DNA of 63,212 nt from a bacterium (GTDB lineage: Bacteria > Patescibacteriota > Minisyncoccia > Minisyncoccales > JAGGXC01): contig JAGGXC010000022.1 of NCBI GenBank assembly GCA_021163265.1, positions 1-63,212 of the forward strand. The letters run 5' to 3'. How positions within the stretch are numbered: position 1 is the first letter of the stretch; every line of letters starts with the position of its first letter. The notes under the pieces were generated by a model. It was not told the DNA's origin. It was given only the letters and a program-made list of their open reading frames with translations, and searched no databases. Positions 1 to 8,757 of this stretch are shown here, piece by piece. The position numbers and the translations under genes were made by a program.

Positions 1-23
1 AGTAACCTATATTAATTATATAT

Positions 24-54
24 GGAGAGAAAAGAATTCTCTCCCTTTTATTTT
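24..54 (+). terminator. Rho-independent terminator of the upstream (off-window) gene
   Basis: 8-bp stem ggagagaa/ttctctcc (24-31 / 37-44) followed by a T-rich tail. Confidence 0.6.
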
Positions 55-112
55 CTTATCTATTAAAGTGAAAGTGACATCAATAAATTTTTATGATATC
101 TTATATAAAGAT

Positions 113-1453
113 ATGAAAATAAAAGAGCTGGAAAACAAAAAAATATTAATTCTGGGATTAGGAAGGGAAGGAATAGACACTCTTCTTTTTTTGAGAAAGA
201 TTTTTCCTCAAAAAATTATAGGAGTGGGAGATAAATTATCCAAAGAGAAACTCAAAAAAACCGCAAGAGAAGTTATTGAGCAAGATAAAAATATAATTCT
301 TCACTTAGGAGATAGATACCTTGAAGCAATTAAAGATTATGAAGTGATTATAAAATCTCCGGGTATCTCTTTCTATTTGCCGGAATTGAAAAAAGCAAGA
401 AAACAAAAAAAGATCGTTACCTCTCAAACAGAGCTTTTTTTTGATAACTCCCAAGGAAAAATCATAGGAGTTACAGGAACAAAAGGAAAAAGCACGACTA
501 CTTCGCTGATATACAAAATACTAAAAAAAGCAAAAAAACGAGTGTATCTCTTAGGAAATATCGGAAAACCTGCTTTATCTTTTTTGTTTCTGGATAAACA
601 AGAAAATCTTTATGTATACGAGCTTTCAAGCCATCAGCTTATAGGTATTAAAAAAAGCCCTCATATTTCTATTCTTCTAAATATCTATCCAGAGCATTTA
701 GATTATTATCCTTCTTTTAATGAATACATTAAAGCAAAAGCAAATATTACTAGATATCAAAGCAAGAATGATTATCTCATTTTCAATGGAAGAAACAGAA
801 TTGTAAAAGAAATTGCCGAAAAATCAAAAGCAAAAAGAATTGATATAAATAAAATCGATATTAAAAAAATTATCTCTCCAAAAGAAATACCCCTAAAAGG
901 AAATTTTAATCTGCAAAATATAAAGGCTGCGGTAGCAGTAGCAAAAATTTTGGAGATCTCCCCACTAATCATAAAGAATGGAATTAAAGAATTCCAGCCA
1001 TTACCTCATCGCTTAGAATTTGTTGGGAGATATAAAGGGATAATATTCATCAATGATGCCCTTTCAACCATTCCTGAAGCTACTATTGCTGCTATAGATA
1101 CTCTCGGCAATGATATAGAAACGATTATCTTAGGAGGTTTTGATCGAGGAATAGATTTTTCTAAATTAGCAAAAAAGATTTTGAAAACTAATATTAAAAC
1201 CTTAATTCTATTTCCTACTACTGGAAAAAAAATCTGGGAATTGATCAAAAAAGAAGCTACAGAAAAAGATCTAAAGCGTCTTCAAGCTTTTCCTGTAAAC
1301 AATATGAAGAAAGCAGTGGAAATAGCGTATAAATACACTAAAAAAGGGAAAATATGTCTTCTTTCTTGTGCATCTCCAAGTTTTTCTCTCTTCAAAGATT
1401 ATAAAGAAAAAGGGAATCTTTTCAAAAAATACGTAAAACAATTAGGGTTATGA
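113..1453 (+). CDS. murD: UDP-N-acetylmuramoylalanine--D-glutamate ligase
   Basis: ORF 68..1453. Rossmann ILILGLGREG and Mur-ligase P-loop GVTGTKGKSTTTS. ATG at 113 preferred over GTG at 68. ATGA overlap with ftsW; murD-ftsW-murG synteny. Confidence 0.93.
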   Translation: MKIKELENKKILILGLGREGIDTLLFLRKIFPQKIIGVGDKLSKEKLKKTAREVIEQDKNIILHLGDRYLEAIKDYEVIIKSPGISFYLPELKKARKQKKIVTSQTELFFDNSQGKIIGVTGTKGKSTTTSLIYKILKKAKKRVYLLGNIGKPALSFLFLDKQENLYVYELSSHQLIGIKKSPHISILLNIYPEHLDYYPSFNEYIKAKANITRYQSKNDYLIFNGRNRIVKEIAEKSKAKRIDINKIDIKKIISPKEIPLKGNFNLQNIKAAVAVAKILEISPLIIKNGIKEFQPLPHRLEFVGRYKGIIFINDALSTIPEATIAAIDTLGNDIETIILGGFDRGIDFSKLAKKILKTNIKTLILFPTTGKKIWELIKKEATEKDLKRLQAFPVNNMKKAVEIAYKYTKKGKICLLSCASPSFSLFKDYKEKGNLFKKYVKQLGL

Positions 1454-2595
1454 AAGGAAAGCCTGACTATATTTTAATCTGGATAGTCTTATTTTTAATA
1501 ATTCTAGGTATATTAATTTTATCTAGCGCTTCCTTTACTGTTTCTGCCGAGAAATTTGGAGATACTTTTTACTATCTAAACCATCAAATATTCTTTGGTC
1601 TTTTACCGGGAATAATATTTGGATGGATTGCATATAAAATTTCTTTAGAAAAATTAAAAAAATTTTCTGTATGGCTTCTCCTTCTAAATCTTGCTCTTAT
1701 GGCACTAGTATTCGTGCCCAAAATTGGCGTCACTATAAAAGGAGCTACTAGATGGATATTAGTAGGACCATTTGTGTTTCAGCCATCAGAATTTCTTAAA
1801 ATTACTTTCATTGTTTATTTAGCAAGCTGGCTTTCAAATAGAGCACAAGTTTTCAAAAAAACTCTTTTCAGAAAGAAACCTATTTCCGGCATCTCCCAAT
1901 CTCCTAAATATATCAATAAAACATATATTGCCTTTTTGATTATAGTAGGAGTGATTGGACTTTTTTTGGTTCGCCAGCCCGATGTTAGCACCTTAGGAAC
2001 AATCGCAATAGTAGCGTTAATAATGTATTTTCTTAGTGGAGCCCCTCTATGGCATGTAATCACAATGATTTTCCTAGGATTTAGCACTCTCCTTGTTTTG
2101 ATTAAAATCGCTCCTTATAGGATGGCAAGATTTTTAACTTTTCTTAATCCCGAAATCAGTCCTCTTGGAATGGGATACCATATTCAGCAAGCTCTTATTG
2201 CTATAGGATCCGGAGGAATTAAAGGAGTAGGATTGGGTTTAAGCAGACAACGGTTTGGATTCTTGCCTGGCACACTATCTGACTCGGTTTTTGCTGTTTT
2301 TGCTGAAGAAACAGGGTTTATAGGTGCTTTTATACTGATTTCATTATTTTTGCTGTTTCTCATACGCGGATTTAAAATCTCAAAATCTGCCAATAATCTT
2401 TTTCTTCAACTAACGGCTTTGGGTATTACTTCCTGGATTGTCATTCAGGCTTTTATTAATATAGGAGCAATGATCAGTATTCTTCCATTAACCGGTATCC
2501 CTTTACCGTTTATTAGCTATGGCGGGTCAGCAATCGTAACTGAATTGATAGGAATAGGCCTCTTACTAAATATCTCAAAATATTCTAAAATATAA
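1450..2595 (+). CDS. ftsW: SEDS-family peptidoglycan polymerase / lipid II flippase FtsW
   Basis: Polytopic membrane protein with FtsW/RodA C-terminal signature (LPLTGIPLPFISYGGSA). Sits between murD and murG. Confidence 0.9.
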   Translation: MKGKPDYILIWIVLFLIILGILILSSASFTVSAEKFGDTFYYLNHQIFFGLLPGIIFGWIAYKISLEKLKKFSVWLLLLNLALMALVFVPKIGVTIKGATRWILVGPFVFQPSEFLKITFIVYLASWLSNRAQVFKKTLFRKKPISGISQSPKYINKTYIAFLIIVGVIGLFLVRQPDVSTLGTIAIVALIMYFLSGAPLWHVITMIFLGFSTLLVLIKIAPYRMARFLTFLNPEISPLGMGYHIQQALIAIGSGGIKGVGLGLSRQRFGFLPGTLSDSVFAVFAEETGFIGAFILISLFLLFLIRGFKISKSANNLFLQLTALGITSWIVIQAFINIGAMISILPLTGIPLPFISYGGSAIVTELIGIGLLLNISKYSKI

Positions 2596-2622
2596 ATAAT
2601 ACAAAAAGTAATCCATAAAATT

Positions 2623-3750
2623 ATGAAAATAGTTTTTACAGGAGGAGGAACAGGCGGTCATATTTATCCAATTATTGCTGTTTCTCGCGAAGTAAAAAGG
2701 ATTTGTTCTGAGGAAGGAATAAATATAAAATTCATTTATATTGGCCCGAAAGACGAATTAACTTCGCGTTTATTATCTCAAGAAGGAATTAAAATAAAAC
2801 CTATAATAGCAGGTAAAATTAGACGTTATGGAGGAATTGTACCAATAATTCAAAATATTATAGATATATTCAAAATAATTATAGGAATAATTCAAGCCTT
2901 TAATTATATGTTTTTTTTAGCGCCTGATCTTATTTTTAGCAAAGGAGGTTACGGCGCTTTTCCCGTTATTCTATCAGCTAAAATTCTAAAAATTCCTGTA
3001 ATTCTCCATGAATCCGACGCTATATCCGGAATAGCAAATAAACTAGCTTCGAAATTTGCTGTAGAGGTATTTGTCTCTTTTCCAGAAACAGAAAATATTG
3101 ATGTTTCTAAAATGATTTTGGTGGGAAATCCTATCAGGAAAGAAATCCTTAGAGGATCAAAAGAAGATGCAAAAGAACTATTCGAGATTACTACTGCTAA
3201 ACCAGTTTTACTTATTATGGGCGGCTCCCAAGGCGCTCAAAAAATTAATGATCTTATACTTGACGCTTTACCTCAATTAGCGGGAGAGTTTGAAATTATT
3301 CATCAAACAGGCATCAAAAACTTCGAACAAGTAAAAGCAGAGGCAAATGTAATGCTGAAAAAAGACTTCAGAAGATATTATCATATTTATCCTTTCTTAA
3401 GAGAGATAGAGTTAAAACACGCTTACGCCATTGCCGATATCGTCGTAGCAAGAGCTGGATCAGGAACTATTTTTGAAATAGCAGCTCTAGGAAAACCATC
3501 TATCTTAATACCATTACCTCATTCTGCTCAAAGCCATCAATTAAAGAATGCATATGAATATGCAAAGACTAAAGCTGCTATAGTAATTGAACAAGGAAAT
3601 TTAACTCCAAGTTTCTTTATTGGTATCTTAAAAAATATTATTTCGAATCCCGAAAAAATCAAAAAAATGCAGGAGGCAGCAAAGGAATTCTCTAAACCAA
3701 GAGCAGCTGAGGTAATAGCTCATTATATCGTTGATTATTTTAAAGAATAA
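2623..3750 (+). CDS. murG: UDP-GlcNAc--lipid I N-acetylglucosamine transferase
   Basis: N-terminal GGGTGGHIYP; C-terminal ARAGSGTIFE...P motif typical of MurG. Confidence 0.93.
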   Translation: MKIVFTGGGTGGHIYPIIAVSREVKRICSEEGINIKFIYIGPKDELTSRLLSQEGIKIKPIIAGKIRRYGGIVPIIQNIIDIFKIIIGIIQAFNYMFFLAPDLIFSKGGYGAFPVILSAKILKIPVILHESDAISGIANKLASKFAVEVFVSFPETENIDVSKMILVGNPIRKEILRGSKEDAKELFEITTAKPVLLIMGGSQGAQKINDLILDALPQLAGEFEIIHQTGIKNFEQVKAEANVMLKKDFRRYYHIYPFLREIELKHAYAIADIVVARAGSGTIFEIAALGKPSILIPLPHSAQSHQLKNAYEYAKTKAAIVIEQGNLTPSFFIGILKNIISNPEKIKKMQEAAKEFSKPRAAEVIAHYIVDYFKE

Positions 3751-3767
3751 CACATAACCTATTTTTA

Positions 3768-5381
3768 ATGTCTCCGAGAATTCATTCAAAAATAGAAAAT
3801 ACTCAAGTAAGGGTACGGTTAGCGCCTTCTCCAACTGGTTTTCTGCATATAGGTACTGCGAGGGTTGCTCTTTTCAATTTTCTTTTTGCCAGAAAAAATA
3901 ACGGAAAATTCATTTTAAGAATAGAGGACACGGATAAAGAAAGATCAAAAATTGAATACGAAAATGACATTCTAGAAAATTTAAAATGGTTAGGTATTGA
4001 ATGGGATGAAGGACCTGTAATAGGAGAAAGATCAAAATATAAAGGAAATTATGGTCCATATAGACAAAGCGAAAGAAGTGAAATTTACAGGAGATATATC
4101 AAAAAACTTATAGAAGAGGATAAAGCCTATTATTGCTTTTGTACAAAAGAAGAATTAGAAGCTCAAAGGCAATATCTTATTTCAATCGGTCAACCACCAC
4201 GCTATCTTGGCAAATGTAGAGGTTTAGATAAAAAAAAGGTAAGTCAATTTCTAAAAGAGGGAAGACCAGCAATAATTCGTTTCAAAACTCCAGCAAAAAA
4301 AATAGTTTTTGTAGATATTATAAGAGGAAAAATCGAATTCGACACTAGTTTAATCGGTGATTTCTCGATTGCTAAAGACGAAAATAGCCCTCTTTATAAT
4401 TTAGCTGTAGTTATTGATGATTTTGAAATGAAAATTAGCCATGTTATTAGAGGAGAAGATCATATCTCCAACACTCCAAAACAAATTCTCCTTCAACAAG
4501 CATTAGGATTCCCGTCACCTCAATGGGCTCATTTACCTCTTATTTTAGGTCCAGACAGAAGTAAACTAAGCAAAAGACATGGGGCAGTATCGGTAAACCA
4601 ATACAAAAAAGATGGATATCTACCTGAAGCTTTGATAAATATTATGGCTTTCTTGGGATGGAATCCGGGAACAGAACGAGAAATTTATTCAATGTCTTCA
4701 CTCATTAAAGATTTTTCCCTTGAAAGATGTCAGAAAGGAGGAGCAATATTCAATATCAAAAGACTTAATTGGATCAATGGTTTCTATATCCGTCAATATC
4801 CCACCCAAAAACTAACAGAATTGTGTCTACCATATCTTGAGAAATCAGGATTGATTGAAGAAGTTAAGAACGAAAAATTAGAGGTAAAAAATCCTAATAA
4901 AAATACTCACCCAGAAGAATTAAGACTTTTCAAAGAAGAGAAAAGAAAATTCAGAATTAAAGATACAAATGAAATTATAGATATTGACTGGATAACTAAA
5001 ATTATAGCCCTGTATCAAGAAAGACTCAAAAAACTTTCAGAAATCACAGAATTAGTAGATTTCTTCTTTGTTGATAAAATAAAGTTAGATAAAGATCTTT
5101 TGCGCTGGAAAGAAATGACCGACGAAGAAATTAAACAATCCCTTGATGCTATAGAAAAAGTGCTCTCAGGTATTGAACCTTCTCAATTCACAAAAGAGAC
5201 AATAGAAAAAAGTATTCTTCCTGTAGCTGAAGAAATAGGGGATAGAGGAAAACTCCTTTGGCCATTTAGAGCAGCTTTAAGCGGAAAAAAAGCATCAGCT
5301 GGACCGTTTGAGATTGCGGCAGTTTTGGGAAAGAAAAAAACAATAAAAAGAATCAAAGAAGCAAAAGAAATTTTCAAATAA
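3768..5381 (+). CDS. gltX: Glutamyl-tRNA synthetase
   Basis: Class I HIGH-like motif (PSPTGFLHIGTAR) and KMSKS-like KLSKRHG. About 40 aa Lys/Glu-rich insertion in the C-terminal half. Confidence 0.93.
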   Translation: MSPRIHSKIENTQVRVRLAPSPTGFLHIGTARVALFNFLFARKNNGKFILRIEDTDKERSKIEYENDILENLKWLGIEWDEGPVIGERSKYKGNYGPYRQSERSEIYRRYIKKLIEEDKAYYCFCTKEELEAQRQYLISIGQPPRYLGKCRGLDKKKVSQFLKEGRPAIIRFKTPAKKIVFVDIIRGKIEFDTSLIGDFSIAKDENSPLYNLAVVIDDFEMKISHVIRGEDHISNTPKQILLQQALGFPSPQWAHLPLILGPDRSKLSKRHGAVSVNQYKKDGYLPEALINIMAFLGWNPGTEREIYSMSSLIKDFSLERCQKGGAIFNIKRLNWINGFYIRQYPTQKLTELCLPYLEKSGLIEEVKNEKLEVKNPNKNTHPEELRLFKEEKRKFRIKDTNEIIDIDWITKIIALYQERLKKLSEITELVDFFFVDKIKLDKDLLRWKEMTDEEIKQSLDAIEKVLSGIEPSQFTKETIEKSILPVAEEIGDRGKLLWPFRAALSGKKASAGPFEIAAVLGKKKTIKRIKEAKEIFK

Positions 5382-5385
5382 AAAT

Positions 5386-5910
5386 ATGCAAAAAGAATAC
5401 AAAATTTTTAAAAACTTTATAGTAGGTTTGATAATTATTTCTTTTTTTCTGCCTTGCCTTTCTTTTGCTACTACCACAATAAAACAGCCCGAAAATATCC
5501 AAGAAGCTCAAAGTTTCTTCAGTAAAGCTATCCAGAAACTTACCAAAGAACTGCCATCTGCGATAAAAAAATTATTCCAAGAACAGATAATACCAATTTG
5601 GACAAAAATGTGGAACTGGACAAAAAATCTATGGGAAAACCGCCTAAGACCCTTTCTTTACAATTTATGGTATTCAAACCTCAAGGCAAAGATAAAAGGT
5701 TTTATTGAAAATACAAGAAATTTCTTCCAAGAAAAATTCCATTCAAAAATCAAACCAAAAGAGCAAGAAATTCAGCAAGAGTTTATAAAAGAAAAAAAGG
5801 AAATGGAGGAAGATGTGTCAAGAATTACTCATCCACTAAGAGACAGGATTAATAATTTTTTTGGAAATATAAAAAGCATACTTTCCAAAGCTCTAAAAAT
5901 TATTAAATAG
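5386..5910 (+). CDS. Hypothetical secreted or membrane-anchored protein
   Basis: N-terminal hydrophobic signal-like segment (LIIISFFLPCLSFATT). No recognisable family. Confidence 0.6.
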   Translation: MQKEYKIFKNFIVGLIIISFFLPCLSFATTTIKQPENIQEAQSFFSKAIQKLTKELPSAIKKLFQEQIIPIWTKMWNWTKNLWENRLRPFLYNLWYSNLKAKIKGFIENTRNFFQEKFHSKIKPKEQEIQQEFIKEKKEMEEDVSRITHPLRDRINNFFGNIKSILSKALKIIK

Positions 5911-5911
5911 C

Positions 5912-5939
5912 TTGACAATTTTTAAAATTATGATATAAT
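5912..5939 (+). promoter_or_regulatory. Consensus sigma70-type promoter
   Basis: TTGACA (5912-5917), 16 nt, TG-n-TATAAT (5931-5939), followed by AAGGAGGTGA Shine-Dalgarno at 5945-5954. Confidence 0.7.
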
Positions 5940-5993
5940 CTTAGAAGGAGGTGAAGAATTATAATATTAATTGAAGTACTAATCGGAGCAATA

Positions 5994-6371
5994 TTGATAG
6001 AAATTGTAGGAATAGTGGCGCTAGGAATAAGCATATCAGCTTTATCAAATATAAAACAAAGAGGAGCCGGATATATATTTCTTTTAGTCTTAGCAGTGAT
6101 AGACATAGCGATACTTACTCCTGGTATATTTTACGCAGTTGGAGAAGGACAAGGAAAAGCTACAGATATTCTGGAAATAGGAAAAGAATACAAAATCCTA
6201 ACAATAGCAGGAATAGATAACCAAGCATATATAGTTCTTTCTAATCCTTCTGAAAACAAAGAAGTCGTTCTTTATACAACATCTTTTGATAAGTTAATAA
6301 ACGTTTCGGCTGGAGACAAAGTTATCTATACCGCAAATCAAGAACTTGTAAAAATTTTGGAGGATATCTAA
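5994..6371 (+). CDS. Hypothetical 2-TM membrane protein
   Basis: Two hydrophobic helices then a small soluble C-terminal domain. The frame is open from 5955, and ATT at 5958 sits 6 nt after GGAGG, so the true start may be upstream of the tracked TTG. Confidence 0.6.
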   Translation: MIEIVGIVALGISISALSNIKQRGAGYIFLLVLAVIDIAILTPGIFYAVGEGQGKATDILEIGKEYKILTIAGIDNQAYIVLSNPSENKEVVLYTTSFDKLINVSAGDKVIYTANQELVKILEDI

Positions 6372-6392
6372 GAACCTAAACAATAAAATAAA

Positions 6393-6422
6393 AAGGAGAA
6401 TAAAAATTCTCCTTTATTTTTT
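6393..6422. terminator. Bidirectional rho-independent terminator
   Basis: Stem aaggagaa/ttctcctt (6393-6400 / 6407-6414), A-run on the left and T-run on the right, between convergent ORFs. Confidence 0.7.
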
Positions 6423-6437
6423 ATTATCTTTTAACTA

Positions 6438-6896
6438 TTATGACCCAAAAATAAACTCGTCTGACTCCTCCAAAGAAAATAATTCCTCAGTAATTCTCTC
6501 CACAGCAAGCCTTCTAAGAAGCTCTTTTTCTTTCTCTAACGCATGACGGTGTTTTTTGAGATAAATTAATCTTTCCATAAAAAAAGTAAATTCAGCGGTA
6601 AAAATACCAGCATAAAAAGACGCTAAAACAAGCTCTGTGTCTTTTAAATCTTTATCTTTCAAGAACAACAGTGTTTCGTGTTTTTGGGATCTTTGCGTCA
6701 TAGCTTCTTCTACTAGGTCCAGAATATAAAGTTCTTTTTCCTTGCTCATTCCCAAAGCTTTCCCTACTGTAGGCTGATTAAAAACATCCCAAGCTCGTTC
6801 TAAATCTCTCTCAAACATTTTTTTAATCGCTACAATCCATTTTTTTCTTTCTTCTTCCATCTCTCTTTCCTTTTCTTCAGACAATTTCTCATCCAT
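6438..6896 (-). CDS. Hypothetical protein (charged, helical)
   Basis: 152-aa ORF with its own promoter; no recognisable motif. Confidence 0.55.
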   Translation of the reverse strand: MDEKLSEEKEREMEEERKKWIVAIKKMFERDLERAWDVFNQPTVGKALGMSKEKELYILDLVEEAMTQRSQKHETLLFLKDKDLKDTELVLASFYAGIFTAEFTFFMERLIYLKKHRHALEKEKELLRRLAVERITEELFSLEESDEFIFGS

Positions 6897-6938
6897 TCTT
6901 TCCTCACTCCTTTATAAAAGAGCAAATTTATAATTAAA

Positions 6939-7005
6939 ATTTTACTATTACAAAAAAATTTGTCAACACAAATTGCTTGACAAATTAATATAAAAACTAC
7001 ATAAT
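6939..7005. promoter_or_regulatory. Back-to-back divergent promoters
   Basis: TTGTCAA (6960-6966), N10, TTGACAA (6977-6983). Plus strand: TTGACA-17-CATAAT (7000-7005). Minus strand: TTGACA-16-TAAAAT (6944-6939). Confidence 0.6.
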
Positions 7006-7043
7006 TCTTGTAGAATCTTGAAAAAAAGAGGTGATGAGGAAAT

Positions 7044-7394
7044 ATGCTAAAGGAAGATTTTAGCAAAAAAGATGTAAATGCATTTTTACCTAGAGAAGCA
7101 CCTAAAAAACGCCTGAAAGCTACGATAACAAGAGATATAATTACTTTAGAACCTGTCATACGCGTCAGCTTTTTAAATCCTGTCAGAGAACGGAATTTCT
7201 ATTTAAGAACAAAGAATATCACCGTTTGGGCACAGCGATTCTCAAATAGAGAACTAGGAGAAATCTATGCGGATTGCTTATTACAGATACATTCCATGCC
7301 TGATGATGATATTCCGCCTACATTTAAAAAAATAATGGAGGAACTGGAGAAAGTAGTCAAAAAACGACAGGTAAAACTTTCTATTCAAATATAA
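7044..7394 (+). CDS. Hypothetical protein
   Basis: 116-aa ORF preceded by AGAGGTGA; no recognisable family. Confidence 0.55.
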   Translation: MLKEDFSKKDVNAFLPREAPKKRLKATITRDIITLEPVIRVSFLNPVRERNFYLRTKNITVWAQRFSNRELGEIYADCLLQIHSMPDDDIPPTFKKIMEELEKVVKKRQVKLSIQI

Positions 7395-7416
7395 GGCATT
7401 TCAAGATGCCTTTTTT
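7395..7416 (+). terminator. Rho-independent terminator
   Basis: ggcat/atgcc stem (7395-7399 / 7406-7410) plus T6. Confidence 0.55.
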
Positions 7417-7431
7417 ATTGTGCGACATTTA
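7416..7431 (+). repeat. Repeat copy 1 (16-nt core TATTGTGCGACATTTA)
   Basis: Exact 16-nt match to copies at 7784-7799 and 10075-10090 (reverse complement). Followed by 16 nt, then TTGACA (7448-7453). Confidence 0.9.
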
Positions 7432-7481
7432 TACGTTCAACAAAATATTGACATTTTCTTTCTATATGATATTTTTTAAGT

Positions 7482-7733
7482 ATGATATCTCTGGAAGGAG
7501 AGAAGATAATAGTATGGATAGTCTGCCTAATAATAATCTATCTAGCAGGAACAGGAATAACCGCCTATATCACTAGAAAAAGTAAAGGCATTCTGAAAGC
7601 GTTTAGTTCTCGAAATTGGATAATCTTATGGCCGTTAACCTGGGGTTTCATTATTGTATGTCTGATAATAACACTTCTAATAGGAACCGTGGTGCTTTTA
7701 CTGGGAGGACTTTTAGGAAATGAAAATCTATAA
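7482..7733 (+). CDS. Small 2-TM membrane protein
   Basis: 83-aa ORF with two hydrophobic helices and the segment NWIILWPL. An internal GGAAGGAG followed by ATA codons makes the start uncertain. Confidence 0.55.
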   Translation: MISLEGEKIIVWIVCLIIIYLAGTGITAYITRKSKGILKAFSSRNWIILWPLTWGFIIVCLIITLLIGTVVLLLGGLLGNENL

Positions 7734-7749
7734 ATATATTTTTATATAT

Positions 7750-7779
7750 GAGGCTTCAATACAAACAGCCTCGTTTTTC
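7750..7779 (+). terminator. Rho-independent terminator
   Basis: gaggct/agcctc stem (7750-7755 / 7767-7772) plus T-run. Confidence 0.6.
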
Positions 7780-7780
7780 T

Positions 7781-7799
7781 TAATATTGTGCGACATTTA
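7781..7799 (+). repeat. Repeat copy 2 (TAATATTGTGCGACATTTA), left inverted repeat
   Basis: 19-nt perfect inverted repeat partner of 10075-10093. Confidence 0.9.
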
Positions 7800-7812
7800 A
7801 TAAGTTCGTATT

Positions 7813-8757
7813 TTATTCTTTCAATGGGTGATATTTACGATGTATTCTTTCTGCATAACGATCAGATGCATGAACATACCTTGTTGTTGTGTCTAGTGAT
7901 TCATGCCCGAGAAGAATTTGAATAGCTGCAGGATTTGCTCCGCTTTCCGCTAGATAAGTAGCAAATGCATGCCGAATTGAATGACAAGAGAGTGGAATAT
8001 TAAGACCAAGAAGTTCTCTGTATTTTTTTACTTTCTCCTGCAAATAGTTAGGAGAAATTTTTTTTGATTCTTGCCGAGCATTTTTACCTCGATAAGGAAC
8101 AAAAAGATAGGGAGATTTTGTCTCACCTCTAACTTCCAAATAGTTCTTAAGATGTTTTTGAGCGCGAGGTGTTAAATAAACGAACCTTTCCTTTTTTCCT
8201 TTACCTCTAATAAATATCCTTCCATGTTTATCAATTTGAGATCGTTTAAGATTTATTAATTCAGATATTCTCATTCCAGTAGAAAACAAGACTTCCAACA
8301 TTGCTCGGTTGCGCAATTGAATTACCTTGTTTTTTTCAAACTTAGAAGGAGATTCTATTAACTTTACTATCTCCTCAAAATCAGATACACGAGGGTGTTT
8401 TCTCGGATTCTTTACCAACTTAACTACTTCGGGAGCCACAGGAGGATTATAATCCATATCTATCAAAAACTTCAAATAAGATCTAAGACTTGAGAGGATT
8501 CTATTTATAGAATAACTGCTGAGTTTCTTGTGAGTTAATTGATTCTTCGCAGTTTTTCTATCATTAGAAGATAAATAAGCTTTGTAATTCAGTATGGTTT
8601 TTTTATCAATTTCATCAAATTCCACACCCATCTCATTTAAAAAATTCTCAAAAATCTTTAAATCTCTTTCATAATTGTAAACAGTTTCTCCAGAATAATT
8701 ATTGGTTTTAAGATTTAGTAAAAAATCATCAAAATAAGGAAGAAATATCTTCTTCAT
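7813..8757 (-). CDS. Tyrosine site-specific recombinase (XerC/XerD-like)
   Basis: N-terminal SAM-like domain. Catalytic set present: R (TGMRISEL), GKGKKER, HSIRH, LLGH, and terminal TRYVH tyrosine. Confidence 0.9.
   Translation of the reverse strand: MKKIFLPYFDDFLLNLKTNNYSGETVYNYERDLKIFENFLNEMGVEFDEIDKKTILNYKAYLSSNDRKTAKNQLTHKKLSSYSINRILSSLRSYLKFLIDMDYNPPVAPEVVKLVKNPRKHPRVSDFEEIVKLIESPSKFEKNKVIQLRNRAMLEVLFSTGMRISELINLKRSQIDKHGRIFIRGKGKKERFVYLTPRAQKHLKNYLEVRGETKSPYLFVPYRGKNARQESKKISPNYLQEKVKKYRELLGLNIPLSCHSIRHAFATYLAESGANPAAIQILLGHESLDTTTRYVHASDRYAERIHRKYHPLKE

Noticed and set aside
772-1248. Antisense ORFs inside murD (772..972, 1006..1248). Many similar 60-120 aa ORFs lie opposite well-supported genes, for example 1815..2087, 13324..13506, 19629..19931, 33987..34346, 37819..38412, 47322..47987, 54816..55115, 61477..61752 and 62446..62928.
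   Set aside because: They lie wholly within strongly supported genes on the other strand and have low-complexity, Ser/Phe/Leu/Ile-rich translations typical of AT-rich antisense frames. No start signals were seen.
7781-7799. The repeat motif as a chromosomal dif site for XerC/XerD
   Set aside because: There are three copies within 2.7 kb. There is no resemblance to the conserved XerD-arm (TTATGTTAAAT-like) half-site, and the second recombinase is inactive. dif is normally a single copy.
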